From: Thermodesulfobacteriota bacterium
GTDB taxonomy: Bacteria > Desulfobacterota_D > UBA1144 > Nemesobacterales > Mycalebacteriaceae
Direction: 5' to 3'
Length of the DNA stretch: 64,000 nt
Assembly (NCBI GenBank): GCA_965226585.1
Contig: OZ245366.1
Location: 1,184,001-1,248,000, forward strand
The notes beneath the pieces are model-generated. The model was not told where the DNA came from. It saw only the letters and a list, made by a program, of their open reading frames with translations, and did not search any database. Shown piece after piece: positions 1 through 12,200 of this stretch; positions within the stretch are counted from its first letter, which is position 1; each line of letters opens with the position of its first letter. The position numbers and the translations under genes are program-made.

Positions 1-149
1 GATATTTTCCATGCCGTATGGACGCCTTCAACCTCGTCATGGTCTATTCTGCCAAACAGGGCGTAGTAGGCGGAAAGCAGAGCCAGAAAACCCGCGAGGA
101 AATAAAGGTATGACAAATTTCCAATCGCTTTTCGTAACACCCCTTTCAT
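1..149 (-). CDS. Membrane glycosyltransferase of GT-C fold (ArnT/PMT-like); 5' part only, runs off the window
   Basis: Manual translation from ATG at 149 gives MKGVLRKAIGNLSYLYFLAGFLALLSAYYALFGRIDHDEVEGVHTAWKI. This is one TM helix followed by a D-x-D-E loop typical of GT-C enzymes. It lies directly downstream of a GtrA-like gene and is not in the ORF track. Confidence 0.55.
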   Translation of the reverse strand, partial: MKGVLRKAIGNLSYLYFLAGFLALLSAYYALFGRIDHDEVEGVHTAWKI

Positions 150-178
150 TTTCTTCGTATTTCTCCGCTCTTAATTTC

Positions 179-682
179 TCAATAATCGCTGAAAGCGTAG
201 TATTTTGTGAGCGCGAAATTGACGAAAAACCCGACTGCAATGGAAAAACAGTTCGCAAGAAATATGCCGTCAAACGGAATCAGGGGCAGTTGGGTAACCT
301 CGCTCAAGTGGAGACCCTCAACAAGGGTTATCAGCACCACAAGGCTCACCCCAAGCGTAACAAGCCCTGAAACCAGTTTGCGCCAAGACGCTTTTATAAT
401 CGAACGCCCTTTCAAATCAAAAACGAACTTCACGCAAAGAGCAAAGTTTATTGATGTGCCGATGGCAAATGACGCCATTTTCGCAATTGAATACTCAATC
501 TCAAAACTGTGCCCAAACAGAACCAGATGGCTTTCAATGTCGGAAACCTCTCTTATCCCCTGAAAAATCAGCACATCCACAACGGCTGAAACAGCCCCGA
601 CCGCAAAATACTTCACAAATTGCACAAACCATTTTGGCATCTTCCCCGACTTTGAAACCGCGTCTGTTGTAGTCCCGTTCAT
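179..682 (-). CDS. GtrA-family membrane protein (lipid-linked sugar translocase-like)
   Basis: Starts QFVKYFAVGAVSAVVDVLIF, has four hydrophobic segments and ends NFALTKYYAF, the GtrA pattern. ATG at 682 is preferred over the ORF-track start at 745, which overlaps trpB. Confidence 0.8.
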   Translation of the reverse strand: MNGTTTDAVSKSGKMPKWFVQFVKYFAVGAVSAVVDVLIFQGIREVSDIESHLVLFGHSFEIEYSIAKMASFAIGTSINFALCVKFVFDLKGRSIIKASWRKLVSGLVTLGVSLVVLITLVEGLHLSEVTQLPLIPFDGIFLANCFSIAVGFFVNFALTKYYAFSDY

Positions 683-716
683 AACCTTTTCCGCATCCGC
701 CCGCAGGCGGGCAAAT

Positions 717-1904
717 CTACACCCGTTCCCGCGCCTCCGCAACAATGTCCATATCTTTGTCGCCCCTTCCCGAAAGGCAGATAACTATATTTGAATCCGC
801 CGCCATATCGCCCGCGACCTTCACAACGTGGGCAACCGCGTGAGAGCTTTCAAGGGCGGGAATAATCCCCTCAGTTGCCGAAAGAAGATAGAAAGCGGAA
901 AGAGCCTCGTCATCGGAAACGGAAACATAAGACGCAAGCCCGGACTTGCTGAAAAACGAATGTTCGGGACCCACTCCGGGGTAGTCAAGACCGGCGGCGA
1001 TTGAGTGCGCCTCGTTTATCTGCCCGTCCGTGTTTTGGAGAATAAAGGTTCTGCTTCCGTGAAGTATTCCCTCTGAGCCGGTTGTTATGGCGGCAGAGTT
1101 AAGCCCCGCGCCCGCGCCTTTTCCGCCCGCCTCAACGCCAACTTTCAAAACGGCGGGGTCGTCCATAAACGGATGAAAAAGCCCCGCCGCGTTTGAGCCG
1201 CCGCCAACACAGGCAACAACCATATCGGGCTTTTTCATTCCGAGGTCTGCCGTCTGCCATTTAACTTCAGAGCCGATAACAGATTGAAAATCCCGCACCA
1301 TCGTGGGATACGGATGAGGTCCCGCCACGCTTCCTATCACGTAGAAAGTGTCGTCAACATTTGTTATCCAGTCTCTCATCGCCTCGTTCAGAGCGTCTTT
1401 CAAAGTTGCCGTTCCGGTGTCAACCGGATGCACTTCCGCTCCGAGAGACTTCATCCGCAAAAGGTTTGTTTTCTGCCTTTGCGTGTCTTTGCGTCCCATG
1501 TATATCTCGCATTTTTTTCCAAGCAGGGCGCAAACTGTCGCGGTGGCAACGCCGTGCTGTCCGGCTCCCGTTTCGGCGATAATCCTTTCCTTGCCCATTC
1601 TGTCTGCGAGAAGAACCTGCCCCGCCGTGTTGTTTATCTTGTGCGCTCCCGTGTGGGCAAGGTCTTCGCGTTTGAGCCATATTTTTGCGCCGCCCAGTTT
1701 TTCCGTCAGTCTTGCGGCGAAATAAAGCGGCGTGGGTCTGCCGACATAATCTTTGAGAAGTTTTGCCACAGATTCCGCAAAAGCGTCATCCGCCTTTGCT
1801 GAGGCATACGCCTTTTCCAGTTCGGCAAGCGGCGGCATAAGCGTTTCCGAAACAAAACGCCCGCCGAACTCACCGAAAAAACCGTCTTTATGCGGTGTCG
1901 GCAA
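717..1904 (-). CDS. trpB: Tryptophan synthase beta chain
   Basis: Motifs [15 protein letters not shown] (PLP lysine), [32 protein letters not shown] and LSGRGDKD. Confidence 0.98.
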   Translation of the reverse strand: MPTPHKDGFFGEFGGRFVSETLMPPLAELEKAYASAKADDAFAESVAKLLKDYVGRPTPLYFAARLTEKLGGAKIWLKREDLAHTGAHKINNTAGQVLLADRMGKERIIAETGAGQHGVATATVCALLGKKCEIYMGRKDTQRQKTNLLRMKSLGAEVHPVDTGTATLKDALNEAMRDWITNVDDTFYVIGSVAGPHPYPTMVRDFQSVIGSEVKWQTADLGMKKPDMVVACVGGGSNAAGLFHPFMDDPAVLKVGVEAGGKGAGAGLNSAAITTGSEGILHGSRTFILQNTDGQINEAHSIAAGLDYPGVGPEHSFFSKSGLASYVSVSDDEALSAFYLLSATEGIIPALESSHAVAHVVKVAGDMAADSNIVICLSGRGDKDMDIVAEARERV

Positions 1905-2511
1905 TTTGAACTTCCTCCATAAAACGCCTCAATTTTTCGGGGTCTTTAACGCCCGCCTTTTTCTCAACGCCCGAACAAACATCAACTGCGTAGGGGCGCG
2001 CGGCTTTAACGGCGGCGGCAACATTGCCTGAGTTAAGTCCGCCCGAAAGGAAAAGGTTTTTCCCTTTCAAATCCAAATTGTTAAGCAAATCCCAGTCAAA
2101 AACCCTGCCCGTTCCGCCGAACTGCCTGTCTGCGAAAGTGTCAAGCAGAACGAAGTTGGAATCGTAGAGGTCTATCTCCTTCAAACTGTCTCTGTTTTTC
2201 ACCCTGACCGCCTTCATATACGGAACCGGAATTCCTTTGCAGAACTCCGGAGTTTCATCGCCGTGAACCTGAACCAGATCCAGCCCCGCCGTTTCCGCTG
2301 CGGACACGATGAAACCGATATCCTGATTCACAAAAACGCCCGCTTTTACAACCTTTGAGGGCAGAACCGAAGCGGCGCGCCCCGCGGCGGACGGCTCAAT
2401 GTGGCGGCGGCTTCCGGGATAGAAAATAAAACCCACCGCGGCGGCTCCCATGTCTGCCGCCATTTGCGCGTCATCTGCGCCCGTTATTCCGCAAACTTTC
2501 ACTCTGGTCAT
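1888..2511 (-). CDS. trpF: Phosphoribosylanthranilate isomerase
   Basis: Motifs [39 protein letters not shown] and DVCSGVE..GVKD. Overlaps the trpB start. Confidence 0.96.
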   Translation of the reverse strand: MTRVKVCGITGADDAQMAADMGAAAVGFIFYPGSRRHIEPSAAGRAASVLPSKVVKAGVFVNQDIGFIVSAAETAGLDLVQVHGDETPEFCKGIPVPYMKAVRVKNRDSLKEIDLYDSNFVLLDTFADRQFGGTGRVFDWDLLNNLDLKGKNLFLSGGLNSGNVAAAVKAARPYAVDVCSGVEKKAGVKDPEKLRRFMEEVQIADTA

Positions 2512-2652
2512 ATCGGCAGGGGCTAATATAACACAGACACAGGATAAAGCGGATTGCGCGGCGGGTGAGAATTATTGCGGAAAAACCGCTTGTCGTATAA
2601 ATTGCGGCGGAGAAACGGACGGATATTTCTCCAAAGTTGACAGAGAGCAAAA

Positions 2653-3863
2653 ATGGCGGCAAACGAAAAAACCCCTGAAAAAGCGAAACCGGCGGCGATG
2701 TTCTGGCCCCTGATGAAAGACACCGTGAATGCGGAAGACAGAAAGTCGCTTTCCGATTTTGTTCTCACCTCCGAGCGTCTGACAAACGGGCCCAAAGTGC
2801 GGGAGTTTGAAGAAACCTGGAGCCGGTGGCAGGGCGCGCCGCAGTCTTTGTTTGTGTCATCGGGAAGCACGGCGAACTACCTTCTGCTTGCCGCCGTTAT
2901 GGAGCGTTACGGCATAGAGCCGGGCTCAAAAGTCGCCGTTCCCGCAGTTACGTGGTCAACCAATATCGCGCCGGTAATTCAGTGCGGGCTTGAGCCCGTT
3001 TTCTGCGATGTGAGCCGCTCGCATTTCGGCATAGAGACTGAAGATTTGAAAAAAGCCGCCAAAAAGCACGGCGACATCAAGATTGTTTTTGTAACGCATC
3101 TGTTCGGTATTCCGGCTCCGGTTCACGAGTACCGCGAGGTTTTGCCCGATGCCGTTTTCCTTGAAGATGTGTGCGAATCGCACGGCACGCAGGTCGGGGG
3201 AGAGAAAGCCGGAAACTTGTCTGAGGGTTCAACTTTCAGTTTCTATTTCGGTCATCACATGACGACTGTTGAAGGCGGAATGGTCTGTTCGCAAGATGGG
3301 CATTTGCACGAAATTATGCGGGCGAAAAGGTCTCACGGGCTTGCGAGAGAGCGCGGGGCGGAGGGGTTTGAAAAGTTCAGAAACCGGTACCCGGAAGTGG
3401 ACAAAGAGTTTCTTTTCAGCACCGGGGGTTTCAACTTCCGCAACACGGAAATCGGCGCGGTTCTGGGGCTGAGCCAGATAAAACGGCTGGACAAATTCAT
3501 AGAGCGCAGAAGGGAGATTTTCGGGCGGTTCACAAAAATGACATGGGAGAAACGCCCCGACCTGTTCAGCAGTTTTGATACTGAGGGAAACAGCAGTTAC
3601 TGCCTGCCGTTTGTGTGCAAAACGCGGGAAATGCGCGGGAAGATGCAGAAGTATATGACTGAAAACGGCGTTGAGACGCGCCCTCTTTGCGGCGGCAATA
3701 TGCTCCGCCAGCCGTTTTTAGAGGGAAAATACGGAAACCCGTCAGATTTTCCGAACGCGGACTGCCTCCATTATCATGGGTTTTTCATAGGAAACAACCA
3801 TCTGATAACGGACGGCGAAACAGAGAAACTGGAACAGTTGATTGACAGTTTCGTGAAAAAACT

Positions 3864-3867
<4 letters not shown>
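2653..3867 (+). CDS. DegT/DnrJ/EryC1/StrS-family PLP enzyme, probably a ColD/RfbH-like NDP-4-keto-6-deoxyhexose 3-dehydratase
   Basis: Motifs SSGSTAN, LEDVCESHG, FSFYFGHHMTTVEGGM (His at the position of the usual Lys) and GFNFRNTE. Confidence 0.85.
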
Positions 3868-5156
<1,289 letters not shown>

Positions 5157-5279
5157 TTGTTTATCCCTCCTTACAACAACTGCAAAGCCGGAACGATAGA
5201 ACGTTTTGAATCCGGCTCAAAATCAACTTCCCCTATTTTAACAGCAATGCGGGTTTTATCAAAATTCCGCCCCTTCCCT

Positions 5280-5476
5280 CGTCATTCCGTTGCCCCTTTT
5301 CCCGTCATTCCTCTTTCCCCGTCCATTCCTCTTTCCCCGTCATTCCTGCGAAAGCAGGAATCCAGTATTAATTAACCAGTTGAATACTGGATTCCGTGTC
5401 AAGCACGGAATGACGGAATAGAGAAGTGTCATTCCTGCCCCTTCCGTCATTCCTGCGAAAGCAGGAATCCAGTATT
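5280..5476. repeat. CGTC-tagged palindromic repeat cluster: partial units, one 78-bp doublet (5338-5415) and a half unit (5445-5476)
   Basis: Doublet reads CGTCATTCCTGCGAAAGCAGGAATCCAGTATT-N13-AATACTGGATTCCGTGTCAAGCACGGAATGACG. The half unit overlaps the autotransporter stop codon. Confidence 0.95.
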
Positions 5477-8400
5477 AAAACCTGTAATTAACTCCGCCTC
5501 TGAACTGTTGCACAAAAGTATCAACCGAAGAACTCACTCCGCCGCCATATTCAAAACTCACATTAAACTTCTCATAAGGGCTGTATTCAAAACCCGCGCC
5601 GTAGGTGAACATCACCCTGTCCATTGTGCCGTCAACGGGAACATTATCCCTCTCAAGCCTTCCTTCAATCTCCGACTCTGGGTTAAGCACCTGTATATCC
5701 GCCCCTGTTCTTATCCACATGTTTATTGTCTCATTGAGAGGACTCCGCGCCTCTATTGACGGACTCACGTACACAAGCAACTCGCTTATCTCATCTACCC
5801 CAAAGGCATCCATCGCCGCGTCTGCCGCACCTGTTCCTGTTGTAAGCGAAGTCTCATTAAACTTATCCGCCGTTATTTGCGATGCGCCAACCGCTACGCG
5901 GGGGAAGAAAGCGAACTCTCCCATTAAGAACGGTCTTGCCGCGCCTATTTCACCGCCAAATACTGTTGCGTCCACATCCGCAGAGTAACTGTTGCCCGCC
6001 GTTCTGGTCGCTTCCCAACTCGTTGACCCATAACGCAGGTTGCCATCAAGAACAAACTCATCAACCAACGCCTCAGCGAATATACCGCCCATGAACCTTG
6101 TTGCGTCTCCGCTTGCTTTGCCCAGTCCTTTTGTGTCCGCCGCAGTCTCTGTTTCTGAACTCGCGTCTATATCCGATATCTCATATCCGCCCGCGATGGA
6201 AACAAGCACTCCGCTGAATGGCGCGGAAAAACCGCCGGTGAAGGAATAAACATCCTCGTTATATTGTATCGCCGATGTGTGCCTTGTGTATCTCCCGCCG
6301 GATGTTGCCCATACGCATCCAGTCCAGAAATCTCCGCCCACCTCATCACTCGCCGCTCCGCCGGTTCCGCATCCTCTTGCCAACTTGTCCGCAAAGTTTC
6401 TGTCTGAACGATAGGCGGACTGTATCAGCGCGTCATATACATCCAAACTTGTGTCTTTGTGCGATGTCGCTATTAAAAACAAATTGCCGTTTTCGTCTGT
6501 CTCAACACTTACCCTTTCGCCTGTCTCCGCATTCAGGCGGTCTACAAATTCCTGCCTTTCTTCGCCTTCGGGCAGGTCATCCGCTTCAAAAATTGTGTAT
6601 TCGTTTATGTGCGTTCCGGGGATATCAACCCTGACATTAAAGCCTTCAATATCTTCCGCGCTTATCGTACCTTCAAGGTTTATCAGCGGGTCGCCCGTCA
6701 TGCTTTCAGGGTCTGCCGTGATAACAAGGGTTGAATTTTCCCCAAAGGTTATTTTCTCCAGTCCCGCAAATCCGCCTGTGTCTTGAATTACGATTGTGCC
6801 ATTGTTTATGAAACGGTCATCGCCATCGCCGAAGTTTATGGTTGCGGTTGTGTCCTCAGGGGCAGGGTCTGCAGAAGAAAGGCGGAAACGGCTGTCGCCG
6901 CTTGCTGCCCCCTCCGTCACTCCTGCCACCTCCGTCATTCCCGCCCCTTCCGTCATTCCCGCCCCCTCCGTCATTCCTGCGGAAGCAGGAATCCAGTATT
7001 GATTAGCCAGTTGAATACTGGATTCCGTGTCAGGCACGGAATGACGGGAAGGCGAAGATTGCGCTCCCGATGAGAGAGGGAAACTCCCGGTTCCGCCTGA
7101 AGACGGCTCGTTTTCCGCATTCTCAAGCATGAAAGCGCCAACAAGGAATGTTCCCGTGCCTTCGGTCGCAACGGTGTCATCGCCTGCGCCCATATCAAGG
7201 TCGCCCGTAAGCGTGAATGTCCCGCCGTCTTTAACGGTAATTGAGTCATTACCGGCTCCGGTTGTTCCCCAGCCCGTGAAAGTTCCCTCGTTTATAAAAG
7301 TGTCGGCGTTGTCGGAAAGTTGTATTCTGCCCGTTATGCTGCCGGTAGGGTCGGTTGTTATCCTTGAGCCATGGGTCGGGGAATCAACACTCACGGCATA
7401 GCCAACCTCCGTGCAGACAGAACCCGAAAGTTCACCGCCGCACACAACCGCGCCTCCTCCTACCGTCAATTCCATTAATGCCGTTCCGTTTCTGAGAGAT
7501 ACCGCCGAACTTGTGCCGCCGTTAGCCCACACTTTTGCGCCGTGAATGTTTGCCGCTGTTGTCGCCTTCACTGTTGAACTTCCCGAAGCGTTAGACCAGA
7601 CCTGCCCCGTTCCGTCTCCTGATATGACCGTAATCCCTCCGCCGGCTTTCGCTGAAATTGCCGAACTTCCAGAAGCGTTAGACCAGACTTTTCCGTCATT
7701 TGAAACATTGACCGTTTCCGCCACTATCGTGTTGCTTGTCTTGCCTTCCCCAATTGTGTTGGCTGATGTTTCGCCTACCCACACTTTTGCACCGTCAATT
7801 TCAACCGTGCCGTTTGAGATAATCGCGGAGTCTGAGTTGAACGCCGACACATTTACGCCGCCCGATACGGTTATTGTTCGCCCGTTGATTGCCGCGAACC
7901 CGTTTTCCGTCTTGACACTTAACCCGTTGTCTTCTCCCGTGCCTCCGGTTACTGACAAGGCTCCACCCGCGCTTGACGCTTCAATGGCGACTGCGCCTCT
8001 TCCCGCCACCTTGATTGTTGAGTTGGCATCTCCGGTAACGATTACATCTCCGCTTATTGATGTTGCCAAAATGCCGATTCCGCCGTCACTGTCGGTTCCC
8101 CTTCCAATAATTACCCCTCTTGACATGGTGAGGGTAATGTCTCCTCTAACCGTGTTGGCTATAACTCCGGTTTTGCCGATTATGCAGGAAAGTCTGTTCG
8201 CAATTATTACATCTACCGTTCCGTCCTCTCCGGTTACCGCCGCCAGACCGTAGGAATCTCCCATGGATGAGGAGAAGATTACCGCCCCGTTTATCAGCGA
8301 GGTCGTCAGGTCGCCGCTTGAACTCGTGAGAGTGGCGGATTTAGAGTCCGAGGTTGAACTCCACCTGACATCTCCGGGAATGCTTCTGTAACTGACAATT

Positions 8401-9001
8401 CCCGCCTCAGAACTGGTAAAAGTTAAATCAATGTTTCCGGCGTCCGTTTCCGCCACAAGACTGTTCACACCGCCCGTCTGCCGCGAATCCATTTTGCTGT
8501 ACCCGCTGAAATTTATGGCTATGCTTCCGCCCGTGCTTTTCGCTACAATTCCGTTGCCTCCGCCGGTTCCGTTAAGCCTGATACGCGAACTGCCCGTAAT
8601 CTCCATGACCAAATCGCCGCCGCCCGACACATCAATAATATTCCCGCCGGACCCTTTGGTAACGGCGTCCACATCGCCCATAAAAAAGGAAACATTGCGC
8701 GCCGCGCCAACTGTTATGGCGGGGTCTCCGTCTCCCGTTGTTGTTATATTCACTCCCATCGCGTTAAAAGCGGCATCCGTTCCGACCGCCTGAGCGTTGA
8801 CTGTAATTCCGGCTCCTGATGAAGTTTCTATGTCTCCGCCGCCCGTAAGAGCTAATGTTGCGTCTCCGGTTGCCGGAGAGCAGTTAAGAGCGGCTGTGGC
8901 TGAAGTTGTTAAGTTGCCGCAATCTGTTTGTGCATAAGCGGGCGGCGCGGCAAGCGTGAGTAAGAGAGAAAGCAGAATAAGGGGGGGGTGGCTTTAGACA
9001 T
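5475..9001 (-). CDS. Autotransporter adhesin-like protein AT1, frameshifted at a C8 tract in the signal peptide (phase-off, pseudogene or sequencing error)
   Basis: C-terminal barrel ends GGVNYRF. The ORF 5475-8759 stays open upstream to the G8 run at 8981-8988. One extra C joins it to ATG 9001 (GGAG upstream), giving MSKATPPLILLSLLLTLAAPPAYA/QTDCG, which matches the AT4 N-terminus (SHA/QTDCG). Confidence 0.88.
6914..7046. repeat. Repeat doublet (6969-7046) plus three 18-bp tandem units, inserted in frame in AT1
   Basis: Translates on the - strand as RHSVPDTESSIQLANQYWIPASAGMTEGAGMTEGAGMTEVAGVT with no stop codon. Confidence 0.95.
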
Positions 9002-9030
9002 TTTAGGTGCTCCAAACTTTATTAAAGTGT

Positions 9031-9060
9031 AGTCTATGGACAAAAATGGGGTTAGGTCAA
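9031..9060 (-). promoter_or_regulatory. Putative sigma70 promoter of AT1
   Basis: TTGACC-18 bp-TAGACT on the - strand, 30 bp upstream of ATG 9001. Confidence 0.45.
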
Positions 9061-9064
9061 GTTC

Positions 9065-9142
9065 CGTCATTCCGTGCCTGACACGGAATCCAGTATTCAA
9101 CTGGTTAACTAATACTGGATTCCCGCTTCCGCAGGAATGACG
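9065..9142. repeat. Single 78-bp doublet in inverted orientation, between divergent AT1 and AT2
   Basis: CGTCATTCCGTGCCTGACACGGAATCCAGTATT...AATACTGGATTCCCGCTTCCGCAGGAATGACG is the reverse complement of the majority orientation. Confidence 0.95.
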
Positions 9143-9181
9143 TTTTTTCCCTTTTCGTCATTCAAATCCCCCTCTCTCCTC

Positions 9182-9209
9182 TTTACAAAACCCCTTAAAC
9201 CATTAAACT
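9182..9209 (+). promoter_or_regulatory. Putative sigma70 promoter of AT2
   Basis: TTTACA-16 bp-TAAACT, about 40 bp upstream of GTG 9248. Confidence 0.4.
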
Positions 9210-9247
9210 AAACCCCGTATTTTCAGTCAAAAACCGGAACAATTTTT

Positions 9248-12200
9248 GTGGTCTTAAAAATCCAAAAGGCTCTCTTCACCGCTTTAACCGCGATTCTGCT
9301 CATCTCGGCAATTTCGCCCTTCCCCGCCTACGCCCAAGACTGCACAACCGTATCCTCAGTGAACTCATCAACATCCTGCACTTCAGCAACAAGCGACATC
9401 ACCGTAACCATGCAGGGCGCGATTATCACCCTTAAACCCCCCGACAGAGACGGAATAACCACAGAAACCGGCGGAAGCGGAACCATTACCGCAACCTTTA
9501 GCGAAGAAGGCAGAATCGCCTCCCGCCTGCACGACGGCGGAAACGGATTCAGAGCAACAACAGACGCCGGTAATATCACCGTATCCGTTGACGCCAGAAA
9601 CGCGGGAATCTTTATGTACCTCCCGCGTGAACAAAACAACTTCAGAGACAACAAAGGCGCGACACTCACAAGCGCGACAGGCGATATCTCCGTCTCTGTG
9701 ACCAACACATCCGCAATCCTCGCCTCCGCCGTGGGAGACTCCTACGGTCTGGCGGCGGAAACAACCGGAGCCGAAGGAACCGTCAACATTGTGCTGAGAA
9801 ATGACAATGCCTGCATTGTCGGCAGAAATGGCGTTATCGCCAATACAGTCGGCGGCGGAACCAACCTTCTGCTCTCACACTCCCTTATTGTCGGCACGGG
9901 GGCGGACGGAAAGGCGTTTGCGGCAAAATCAACCGGGGCGGGCGGCATATCAGCCACAATCGCCAACGAATCATCAGTCAAAGCGCGCAAAAGAAATTCG
10001 GCGGCGTTTGTCGCGTCATCGGCGGGCGGAGATGTGTCTCTCGTCATCACAAACTCGGCGGGAGTGGGAACTAACAGAACCGGCTCGTCAGCGGTCAACG
10101 TAAGCGCGGGCGGGTCGGGGAAAATAGTGATTGATGTAACAGGAAACGGAGGCATAAACGGCTCTAACATAATCGCGCGCGGCTCAGGCTCAACGGCGGT
10201 GGACGCAAATACGCAAACCGGAGCAATTTTCTTCAATGTTGTTGACACCAACTCCATCGTTGAAAGCGAAGGCGGTGAAAACGCCGTCTCTCTCACCAGC
10301 GAAAGCGGAGACATAAACATAAAAGTCAGCGGCGGCACGGTTGAAGGCGGCGCGTCCACAAAAAGCGTCATAAAAGCGGTTACGGGCGGCGGCGGAGCCA
10401 TAACCGCCCTGTTTGAAGGGGCTTCAAACATAAGAACAAAACCGGAAACTGTGGACGCATGGGCGGTTGACCTTTCAACCGAAAGCGGAGATTTAATGGT
10501 TCAGGTCGCCAACGGTTTTACCTTCCGGACGGAAAAAGGTGTTCGCGCCGTTTCGGATTCCGGCGATGTTACGGTGAACGGATACAGCGGATACTCCCCT
10601 GCGGGCGGATACGCCTATGTCTCAAGCAATTCAGGCACGGCATCTTTCGTAACGAACGCGCAATTCAGCCATTTTTTCAACGTATTAGGCGCGACGGCGG
10701 TTACCGCCAACACGGTTGACGGCAACGCGAGTGTGATGATTGTCGGCACGCCTTCCAGCCCGTATCTTCCCGATGCCGTGGACGCGAGGTTTATTGTCGC
10801 CACCGCAACCGGCAAGGGAAACGTGTCGGTTGAGTATGACCCCGGAAACCCCGGCGCGTCCATAACTCTCGGACATAACGCGGTCGCGGTCGCAACAAGC
10901 GCGGACAGCGGCAACACATCCATCAAATTCGGGTCGTCAAGGGTAACCACCTTAGCCAAACAGAATCAGAAAGTTATTGACGCAACTTCGGGAACGGGCG
11001 ACATAAACCTTGAATTTGAAGGCTCGTCCGCCTCTCTCGGAACCTCATCGGGAACGCGGCTTGCCGATGTAACATCCACAGGCGGCGACATAGCCGTAAC
11101 TGTCAGCCAAACACCGTCTTCTTCGGGGCTGAACTTCGCGGGCGGCAGGGGGCTTTCGCTCTCAACCGGCGGAACGGGCAACATAACGGCGGTATTTACG
11201 TCTGCTCTGCTCTACACCGGCTCTTCAGCCGTGGACGCGAGTTCGGTGGACGGCAACATAATCGTTTCAGTTGCAAGCGCGTCAACTTTGGAAACACGGG
11301 GCGCGGGCGGCGAGGCGGTGAAGGCGGCAACACAAACCGGAGATATTTTCTTTAATGTTACAGACGCGCTTTCCACTGTCATAAGCCTTGCGGGAACAAA
11401 CGCAGTTTCTCTCGCCAGCGCAAGCGGAAACATCAGCATTGAGGTAAAAGGCGGCGGAGATGTGAGGGGCGGCGCAACAACAGACAGCGTTATAAGAGCG
11501 AGCACGGGCGGAAACGGAACCATAACCGCCCTTCTTGACTCAGCCGCCTCAAACATACAAACGCCGTCAGGAACAGACGCCTACGCCCTCAACCTTTCAA
11601 GCGAAAGCGGGAACATATCCGTTAAGTTTGCCAACGGTTTCCAGACAAGGACGGTAAAAGGCGCGCACGCCGTTTCGGATTCCGGCGATGTTACGGTGAG
11701 CGGAGGCGGTTTCTTCGCCGTTGCGGGCGCGAGCAGATACGCCTATATTTCAAGTAATTCAGGCACGGCGTCTTTCGTGCCGGACTCAACTTTCAGTCAG
11801 GTTTATGAAGCTGTCGGAGCCACCTTTATTGAAGCCAACACGGTTGACGGCAACGCGAATGTGTCAATTTCGGGCATATCTTTCGGTATTGATATCGTTT
11901 CCGCGGGCGGAAGGGCGTTTGTCGCCTCCGCAACCGGCAGGGGAAACGTATCAGTCGCCTTCACGCCCGCCAATCCGTCCTATTCCTCCAAGTTAGACCT
12001 TGGGCATAACGCAGTCGGAGTTGAAACAGTTGCGGACAGCGGCAGCACAAACATAACGATTAGCGTGCCCTTTATACAACTTTCAGGCGAGAATGAACAC
12101 AACCAGAAGATTGTTTCCGCGACTTCGGGAACGGGAAATATAAGTGTTGTGTTTGAGCGCGTCAGCGCGGCTTTTGGAGGCTCAACAGGAACCCGGCTCG

